Shown here piece after piece: positions 54,817-64,000 of a DNA stretch of 64,000 nucleotides. A model generated the notes under the pieces. The model was given only the letters and a program-made list of their open reading frames with translations, did no database searches and was not told where the DNA came from. The stretch spans positions 930,001-994,000 of the forward strand of contig JAQGDQ010000029.1 of assembly GCA_030141605.1 (NCBI GenBank), given 5' to 3'. Origin of the DNA: Tubiluchus corallicola (lineage: Eukaryota; Animalia; Priapulida). The position numbers and the translations under genes were made by a program. The number at the start of each line of letters is the position of its first letter. Positions within the stretch are counted from its first letter, which is position 1.

Positions 54817-57800
54817 GTGGCAGTAGTCTGCAGTTGTCTGGTAGTTAGTCTAAGCTGAGCGCAGTTTTTTGTTGACACGCAGCGACCGTTTCTAAGCTTA
54901 GTGTTACAATAGCCGTCTTAGTTTTGCATTACTAATAGCATATCTATAAGTGTATATTGCAATACGCATCAGCCTGCCCTCGTTTATCATGTTGCATGAA
55001 ATGTACCAAGATTATGTTTGTAACGTGCACGAGATCTTAATACACAAAGTACACGAGAAGCTTGTTAGACCAACTCAAACACTAAGTTCGATAAGGACAG
55101 TTACATGTTTTAAAATTCTTTGGTACAATGCGTTTGTTCCTTATTAATGACTCTTATTAATGATTAATGATGATAAAGCATAATAAATGATGATGACGAG
55201 ACGGCGATGAACATGAGGAAAATTAAGAATAAGAAAAAGATGAGAAAATGACAAAGATAACGATGACGGGGAAGATGATGACAACTGCAATAATTACAAA
55301 AGTAGCTTATTATACCAGGAATGCTAACCTAATGCTCAACTTGAAGATTAAAGCACTAGTTCCTGCACTGCCCATTCAAAGTTGGTACCAGCATGGTGGT
55401 TTTTGGAACGATACTCTTTGATTAAAGCGTAACCGCGGCCAATCTTAAACTGTAGGTCAAAACAATTCATTTTTTAAAATATTGAAAGGAAACATACTAT
55501 TTTTCAAAAATTACCTACGTGAAAGAATTATTACCACACAAACGCAATTTCGTGTTCACTGCACTAGTTATTCACTGTTACGTACATTTCGCCATTCGCT
55601 CGTAAGACGGGAACTAGCGCCTGCGTTTCGGAAACGCGCTAAAAAAGTGATGTACCTCTCAGTTCAATGGTGTTCGTTCGTGACGTACTGTACACATTCG
55701 ACAGCACATGCGTGAGGACAACGGTAAATTTGAAATTTGAATTTTTATCTTAAAACTTGCCCAGTTTTAGTTCAGCACAATGGATCTCTTATATTAGCTT
55801 CAATTTTCACTTTTGCGAACACGTGCAAAAAGCTCGGCTTATGGAATGTTTTTGCTGTTGAAAATTAAGTTCGTTTGTAACGCCATCAATAGTTGATCTC
55901 GCCCTTCGTTAATTAAGATTTTAAATGCACAATTTTTATTGTACCTAAAATAGTGAATAAAAAAATCAGTCTTCCTTAAGCTTAAATGCCTTTTCCGATG
56001 TAATGACGTCATGCGTTCATAAATTAATAATTGGATTAATGTAATGGAACTCTGACCGTGCATCCGAACTGGAACACTGCTAAGCCAGCAGGGGACTTAG
56101 ATCTAGGAAATCAGAACGTGTCTCGTAGCCGATTTCCGATTCTGATTAGGCTTGCCAGCTGTAGCTAAACTGATTATACTTCTTGTGAGTTTTCCAGCAA
56201 TAGAGAAAGATCAAGCATAGCAAGAGTAGGTTTTGCTCGGGGGTCAGAGCAGGCCCATAATTATGCTGTGACTTGCGAAAAACTTGTCATTTATTTTTAG
56301 TGGCACGCTTAGTGGAAAAAGTGGGTATAAGCTTTTAATATTTAACATTCTTCTTCTTCTTCTGTTGGTCTAAACATCTATTGTAGACATTGAGCCTCTA
56401 AGAGTCTATCTTTTATTAGAGCACCACACTGTTTCCTGTCTGCAGTTAAAATTTTCAACTCCTATTATGCTATTGTTAAATTTGATATTAGACTTTTGAT
56501 ATTCAGCCGGTTGTAACAAAAAATGTGGAATACAATGCGGCAATCACCAATTGTTTACTAGTCAACTAAGTCCTTTATATTATGTAGCCTATGATGTCAT
56601 ACTAAATATCACAAATAACTTGTACCAGATGATTATTAATAGAGCAATAATACTAGTTTTCTGGACATTGCGAACCTTTGCGGCTCGAGGTCTTTCATGT
56701 GCAGCCGGATGGCGTCATAAATGCCAATGGCGAGAACAAGATGAAGCCATGTGATTATTATCATCCTTTGTTTTACATGGAAATGAGATATCACCGCATT
56801 TCGAGCTGAGCAAAAACGACAAACTGATAAACTTGGTCTTATTATTCGCCTTTGCTTTTATCAACATTAATGTACACAACAGACCAGACAGACAAAGAGC
56901 CTAAAATTAAGCCCATACAATAAATTAATGTAATGAGCGGTGTGAAGAGATCTTTAATTATAAAGCATTGTGAAATTGGCGGGCTTAGGAAGAACTTATC
57001 ATTAAAGGTTTCTCTTAACTTTCCACAACTGGCAGTTATTAATTTCCGAATTTAAAATGATTGCTTTCCTTATTTGTCTTGTCATTTACAGATTAACTGG
57101 ACGATGGATGTTAGGCGTTCGGGGTTTTGTAAGCGACTTCAGTAGTAGCTATCGTATTATTGCCGTCTCTAGCTTGATCTTATTATTAGCTCCACAAGAC
57201 CAAATCAAATTATATATGCTTTATAGTGCATGTTGCTAACATTATTCGTAGTTAATAATTCAAACTCGTGTCTTTGTGGTTTGAGCTGCTGCTTGCAGTC
57301 TAGGGCAGATGTTTAGCTCAATGTAAAACAGTGCTGATGCCGTTGTACGTAAGCATCATTTTCTAAATACAAATCATTACATTTATTTGTTAAATCATAA
57401 CGCTTATTGTTCATATTCAATAAATGGCTTCTCGTTCGGTATATTTCAGGAATTCCAGAATATGTGAACAGTAGGTATCTTTGTTTTCTACCTCTGTGTT
57501 AGGGACTTTGAACATAGGGCATGGTTGACGGTTGTTTTATGAAACTTAGGATAATTTTCGGTAGTATTCGAGATGTACCTAACTAGGCCTGCTTGGTGCT
57601 AGACACGCAAAAGAATTACGAAATTGACACTTTAGGGGTTTTATCTCGTTGGCTTCATCCTCCTTCCCGTTTCCCAATGTCCTGACGGTTCCCCTTGCAC
57701 GTGTGTTGACGGCAACGCTGAAGCATGAGGTCCATGGATCATGCAACTTCACAGCATCGCTAAGGAAATAGGGTCGTTGCATGTGTGATGTGTGTACGTT

Positions 57801-58456
57801 TTCCTTCCTGTCTTGTGTGGTCAGGATGTTTGTTTCTTGTGCTGGCCTTGTAGTTACGTAAAACGCAAATTATTTCATAAAAATTCGCAAAATTTGTTTA
57901 AAACGTAGCAGTCTTTAATGAGCAGTGTGGATCCAGCGTATACACAAGCAAGGTAGGATTGTATAGACCTGTAAAGCTGTAGAATCTCTTGTATTCAAAA
58001 GTTGTTACTTTTACATATCGAAAATTGGTTTTACATCCAACTATGAGTAAACCTGGTGGCTTAGTCATTGATGCATTCAAATTTTAATTTTTTGCCAGTC
58101 GGTCTTCACCAACTTATAGGCGATATGATAGTTTGCAACTTCAAACCAGGCCTACAGTAACCATAGCTAATTTTGAGAGTTCAGACTTGACACTTTGATA
58201 ATTAACTAAGTGAATTTTCTTAGTGACAGCATTAGGTTTTAGAGTTTTTCGTATTAATGTCGTTTTATGATTTTAATCATTAAACTTATTCTGCAAGCCG
58301 CAGCACCATATGGCTCATATTTCATATGGCTTATCATACAGGAATAGGCCTATATTGCCGTATGTAAAGTACTGATTTTATAATCAGTGCTGTAGCTTTC
58401 TTACGTGTATTGATTTTGATTGAAATCAGATCGGTACCTGGTGTAAGTTTAGTACA

Positions 58457-58570
58457 CATATAACATGACATGGCTGGCATGACATGACATGACATAGCAT
58501 AACATAACATAACATAACATAATGCAATGTAACGTAACATAACATATCATAACGTAACATAAGCATAGCA
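58457..58570. repeat. Degenerate (CATAA/CATGA)n pentanucleotide microsatellite
   Basis: Directly visible. Confidence 0.85.
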
Positions 58571-58815
58571 TAAAGTTTATTGGTCAAAATGTACTGTGAA
58601 TTAAGCATTATTTCTTTTTGAAGAATGTGCATTTAAATTATAAAGTACGAGGTCAGCTAATTGTAAATGAATATGTAACATAACATATCATAACGTAACA
58701 TAAACATAGCATAAAGTTTATTGGTCAAAATGTACTGTGAATTAAGCATTATTTCTTTTTGAAGAATGTGCATTTAAATTATAAAGTACGAGGTCAGCTA
58801 ATTGTAAATGCATAT
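58534..58815. repeat. 141-bp near-perfect tandem duplication (58534-58674 / 58675-58815)
   Basis: Two adjacent copies starting gtaacataacatatcat; about 2 mismatches seen by eye. Confidence 0.9.
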
Positions 58816-59910
58816 GTAATATCGACCTGGCACTAATAATTCTTATAGCCCTAATTAATACCCATAAATCTGGTTCTCAGAACTTTCAGGCTTCTTGAAG
58901 CATCATATTCACCAGTGCAAATTAATTAATTATGCATGCATGCATGGCATGTATAGGATTCTCATTGTCTTAGTCACTTGGGTAGACTTTTATGGACGAC
59001 TGCAGCTTTTCTGTATGGCATTAATTCTTATGCATCTACTCTCATATACGTACAGTAACAATGACTGTCTATATAAGATCTGCTGTATTTCTACTACTGA
59101 GGTTCTACATTTACAGTCACATATTCGACTCCGGGACGTTATCTAGGAAATGTCTTAAATAATTACTAACTTTTAAGCTTGTTTGATTTCTTGGAGGCTT
59201 TCTTAAAGGCTTCACAAAACTCCAGCACGCATGCGAGTCATTTTCTCAAGACTCAGGACCACGAGAAAATTCCCACGCCTTTTCTTTGACCCTAGGTTTC
59301 TTCCTGTAGTGACTTTCGACTTATCATGTTTTTTCATTCTGACACTGTGGTATGATTGAGCAATGAGCACCTATATTAAAGTATTAAAAGGCTTAGGCAA
59401 GATTATCATAGATACACTGTGTAATTCATTGGGTAAGCCAAATGTTTCATTTCACTTTACATATGAATGTCTGGACGGAATGGCATCTTAACAGCAGACA
59501 TTTCCAAAAAAAAACTGTAAAATAAAATCATTAGCCACGGCCGTGAGTTACAATACATGCATTTTTTGCTTTCGTTTGCAAGTCATGGGAAACGCGGGCA
59601 CATAAGATGTACACATACACAGTCTGCTGTATCTCATCATGAGTCAGTGGAAAGAGATTCGGCAAGTGTTTTGTAATCTAACTCAGCCGTTTGGTGTTGT
59701 GTTATACGATTGCTCATCTTGAGACGATTCCGTATCGTGTTGTGATGTTCCGCACCCCTCAACTCCAAACGGTGCACACCCCGTCGTGCTTTCGGCTTTC
59801 TGACAGGCAGCAGTCCGAAATTTTAATATACATAAGTTTCTGTATAGATCTCAAACAGTTTCAAACACTCGTGTCACGTTTGCTTCTTTGCAACCTAACT
59901 TAAATCTGGT

Positions 59911-59990
59911 TCTCTCGTTCTCTCCCTCTCTCTCGTTCTCCCCTCACTCATTCTCTTTCTCTCTCTTTCTTTCTCTCTCTCTCTCCCTCG

Positions 59991-60041
<51 letters not shown>
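59911..60041. repeat. Degenerate (CT)n microsatellite
   Basis: Directly visible. Confidence 0.9.
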
Positions 60042-60495
60042 ACTTGTTTGAAGTTAGAATGATATGGGACAGTGGGTAAACCATGAAGATCGCTGAGCTG
60101 GCAAAGTGAACAGACTCAGACGGAATCACGATAAGCCCCATGTTTGTTGTTATTGGAGGTTAAGCCTCCTGTAGCATCTCGTTATCTCTGCTGCCGGCGC
60201 ACTGCGTTTATGGGTGAAGTGCCGTTAAGCCTTCATAAAAATCTCACGTGTCAGAAACATTTTTTTGCGTCCACAATTTCAAATCGAGTTACTGAGCCGT
60301 GTGCTGTCTGTAACCGTTATACAGAGAAATAATGAAACTCCTAAATAAAGCTCTCTTAAAAATAAAAACGTGCTTATGTGTTTGAGGGTCTTATATTCAT
60401 TCTTGTCTCATTTTTTTAAAATTATTGTTCATAAAATAAAAAGATACCCTATTAATATTTTGATTCATTTAGAATGAACATCAGAGTCACAAGCT

Positions 60496-60725
60496 TAACA
60501 GTGATAAGTAGCAAGAACTTCGTCTATGAAAAGTAACAAGAGCATTAAATTAATGATGAGTACAGAAAATCAAATCATTGCTAAGTAACAAGAACATGAC
60601 ATTAATATTAAATAGAAAGAACTTCAATTCAATGATAAGAAGCAAAAACATCAAAAACAACAATGCAAAGCACCAGTGGTAAAAAATCATCAAGTCGATG
60701 ATAAGCAGTTGAAACTTCAAGAAAA
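60496..60725. repeat. Degenerate A-rich minisatellite (…tgataagtagcaagaacttc…)
   Basis: At least four diverged copies of the tgataag/tgctaag-x-agcaagaac motif. Confidence 0.5.
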
Positions 60726-62754
60726 GCATCATGAAAGAGAAGAGGAAGTAGAAGAATAAAGAGAACCAGTGAATTGTAAAACCGTTGGCAACAGTTAGAT
60801 ATCTCCATTGGCTAATCAGAGTGTATATTTGCTAAAAGTTCTGCGTACATTTCGTCTCAGAGCGTACAGTAAACTATGTTTTCTTTAAGCAGTTTATTAA
60901 CAGATTTTCTCGTATTTTTACTCTGCTGTGTGAGTTTGTTTACTCTTTTGAAAATAAAACTCCTGTTAAAACTACTCACGGTTTTGACGTATTCGGCTTG
61001 CTGCCTGCTACCAGACGGTTCTTCAATTAAGATTGACATTTGAGACATTACTTACACGCGGTTGCAGTAAATGTTCTCTTTCTCGCTGAAATTAACTGCT
61101 TCTTGTTTCGCCAAAGATACCAGCTCTTATTAAAAATTTATGCTTTTGAGAATTTTGCTCTTTAACTGAGGGTTCTTGTGATGTTACATACACAGAAAAA
61201 GAATCTCTCGTGTAATCATCAAGCTTTGCGTTTTTGCGGTAATTATATATCTAGCAGAATTAATTTTGAAAGACCTATGCGTTTCTGAGAAACAAAATTT
61301 CCACTAATAGCGAAAATTATAGTGGCTGTATATGAGTCTATAATATGACGCCAAAACCAAACTCTTGCATGGTGGAATGGTATAATATAGGAACAGAAAC
61401 AGAACGGCGCAATGGTGTATGTTTACTCCAGCGACCGAAGATAAGTAGCACTGAGGCTGCCCAGTAGATTAATGGGTGATCGCCAGCTTCAGTACTCGTT
61501 CAAGCTGTGTTACTATTTACTTTGTACTGGGAGAACATATTCTTATCCACACGGGCCAAGACTATTCTGCCACTTTAGGGCCTCATCTTAGAGGATTAGC
61601 CTTACCATTGAGCCGGATTCCAGTCCCACTGCAACCACCCACATTAGCTAGGCACACCACTGAGTGATAGATTCCAGTTTGCATACTGCATCTTGCTTAA
61701 AAAAGAACTAAATGAGCAAGTGCATTTCAGTTCACTGAATTTCATTTCACAGACTGAACCCAAACTGAACTGAAACACGGAACAGCTAGAATTATTCAAC
61801 AGAAACTGTGAAATCTAAGAATTCTGGATATATGATGTTTTAGTTAGCATTAATAAGTAAATGTTGATACACAATTTTCACCGACCGACAAAGCAATTTG
61901 CTATGGTGATTTTGCTCAGTCGCAGTATTAATTACAGTAACGTAAATAAGTATGTATCTTATACATTAAATTACCCGTACTACTTCACTTTATTAATTTT
62001 TCAGTCTGTTTATTCGTCAACGGTTCATTCGTAACCTCTGTGTTTCAAGGTTCTTGATGTTTGTTTATTTACTTTTGTTTGTTGGCGGCACGTTTCAGAA
62101 CCAAGCAAACAAAACATCGAAAGTTACGAAATTTTACAGGGTAGTCAGCGTCACATGATATGATTCTAGCGCTAAACTTCCATATTATACTTTTCTAAAC
62201 CTCAGATTCATTAAGTTTAAGAAAAGAGATAATCTATTCTTTGCTTTGACAGTATGCAATAATTTCCTTTATTATTATAGACAAAAGATATAGGCGTGTT
62301 GAAGTACACGTAATTGCATTATTAAATACCAGCAAGTGAAATTGCATTTAACTGCTAGACGTATACCTGATAAAAATTAGTGTCACCTACTCCCCTTTTC
62401 TTCCCGTGTGTTTCATCCCCTGCAGCTTGTTTCATGTTGATTACATCAACGTCATTATTACCTATATAGCTCAAATGCTGAGTTAATTAAAACGCGCCGA
62501 TAATTCTTCGGCTGAAATTGCATCCTTCCGGAAGAGTGCTCGTAGAAGCCTGTGAGATACCGCACGGATCGTAAAACAGACAAGTTCATATTTTTATTAC
62601 AATGTTTGCTAGTTGCACAGCAGAGAAGTGTTTTATTCTTGGAAGCTACGTTCATCAGAATGCATTTTCTTGGAAAATGCCGTTTAAAGTTTTGCGCTGT
62701 TATTATACAGTATGTATATAAATTCCGAAATAGTATATATCAGTCGAAACTAAA

Positions 62755-62821
62755 CTTGGCTTTGAACCACGAACCCTCGAATTACAAGAATAATGTCTTG
62801 ACCACTAGACCGTGCAGTCCC
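62755..62821 (-). mobile_element. tRNA-derived SINE head or tRNA pseudogene (Thr-TGT-like loop)
   Basis: Minus strand reads gggactgcacGGTCTAGTGGtcaagac...CTTGTAA...gtGGTTCAAAGCCaag: A-box, intact 4-bp D-stem (GTCT/AGAC), B-box-like T loop; anticodon and acceptor stems do not pair. Confidence 0.6.
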
Positions 62822-62926
62822 TTGTCAGGATATATTAACTCATCCTCTGTTTTTAAACTTGCTTTGGTAAAAATTGGCGTTAGATTAAATAGTGGGAACT
62901 TTTTATAAATTACTGCAGGCTATGGC

Positions 62927-63102
62927 AATTCTAAATAGATTACAAAATTAATCCAATTACTTTTTAATTTCTCTAGTGAAAATAAACTAGCGGTTCAGAA
63001 AGTCGGCGGGTTTAAAAATTTCAAATTGATTACAAAGTTAATCTAATTAGTTTGAAATTACTCTAGCGTGTAGAAATTATAGCGCTTGGAAAAGTTGGGT
63101 GG
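62927..63102. repeat. Diverged tandem duplication, about 90-bp period
   Basis: gattacaaaattaatccaattac...ctctag (62938) repeats as gattacaaagttaatctaattag...ctctag (63028). Confidence 0.65.
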
Positions 63103-64000
63103 TATGGTGAGCTGTTGCATAAAACGTCTCTGGTTCATGGTAATTGCCTACTACTTCTTGCTCCTCTTTTTAGACCTGCAAATTTTGTTAGAAATTAACC
63201 CCAAAAAATGTTAGGTTGACGTCATTTATCTGTTTGCCCTAGATTACCTCATAAGTAAACTAAAAAATAGTGCTTAAGCACCAAGCTTAAACTAAAAAAA
63301 AATTCAGACATAAAAAATGGCCCTTCAGAATAATTGGATCATTTGAATCAATTAACGCAGATTAATTCTTATTGACTGGAACAGTGACTGTGAATAAAAA
63401 ATCCCACAATTAAAAGCACAAGGAAAAGGAGAGCCAATGCAACATTCATAAGGAATTACTAGAACTACTAAACTAGCTCACTTTTGTGAGTTTTTTGTTT
63501 ATATTATTAGCATAAAAGGATATTACACCAAAAGACTACAAGCACGTAGAAAAATGTAGAAGCACGTTAGTTAAAAACATAAAGGGGCAACACAAAAGCC
63601 TAAAATCAGTAACCACAATCACAGAATAGAGCACAACAAAAATTAACGTTTTAACATTGTAATCAATTAGCATTATGACACCTACGAGCCAGTTTTAATA
63701 TAACGTTAACGTCGGTGAATTCTGACCTCTTCTGCTGATTGTTCGTAAAGATATTAAAACGAATAAGGCCCGCAAATACACTGTGATTAGCCCTGCAGGT
63801 AGTATAGAAGCCTATATAGAAGCCTGACAATGCAATTTAATAACTCGCATGATGGTAACGAACTTTCGGGTTATTGTGACTGTGTGACTATGACGGTAAT
63901 GATGACTGTGGCGAGTTGGTCACATGTGCATGCAGGAAAGATAATTAGCGTCATTATCTGTTAATCAGATTCTGCGTGCGTTGCCACTGTTGCGTTGCCA

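Noticed and set aside
57450-57470. 21-nt phase 2-2 exon candidate (RNSRICE) and nearby acceptor at 57091
   Set aside because: Modest splice signals, several competing donors and no convincing LIM or other motif.
62755-62821. Functional tRNA gene
   Set aside because: Anticodon and acceptor stems do not pair.

Overview
AT-rich, intron-dominated animal (eukaryotic) genomic DNA with microsatellites, TE remnants and GT-AG splice signals; nothing prokaryotic (no operons, CRISPR or rRNA operon). The window appears to hold the 5' part of one large + strand gene whose main body probably lies downstream. Best-supported coding exons: 7173-7386, 7967-8498, about 15016/15030-16760 and 17493-17525. Splicing 8498 to 17493 builds most of a LIM zinc-finger domain (CMGC-x16-HIIC-FK-CCIC-DTRLSLKSC...). 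A roughly 580-codon acidic, probably disordered exon sits in the intron that splits this LIM domain and joins in the same phase (2), so it could be an alternative first exon or a LIM-disrupting cassette. Further downstream are several short ATG-initiated ORFs ending at phase-2 donors (candidate alternative first exons) and candidate phase-2 micro/mini-exons that could finish the LIM domain. Repeats: two inverted copies of a deleted Tc1/mariner-family element, a 5'-truncated LINE, a MITE-like element, a tRNA-derived SINE head, a perfect 46-bp-arm AT-rich palindrome, local tandem duplications and many microsatellites. The gene cannot be named from what is visible, and everything downstream of 17525 is hypothesis.
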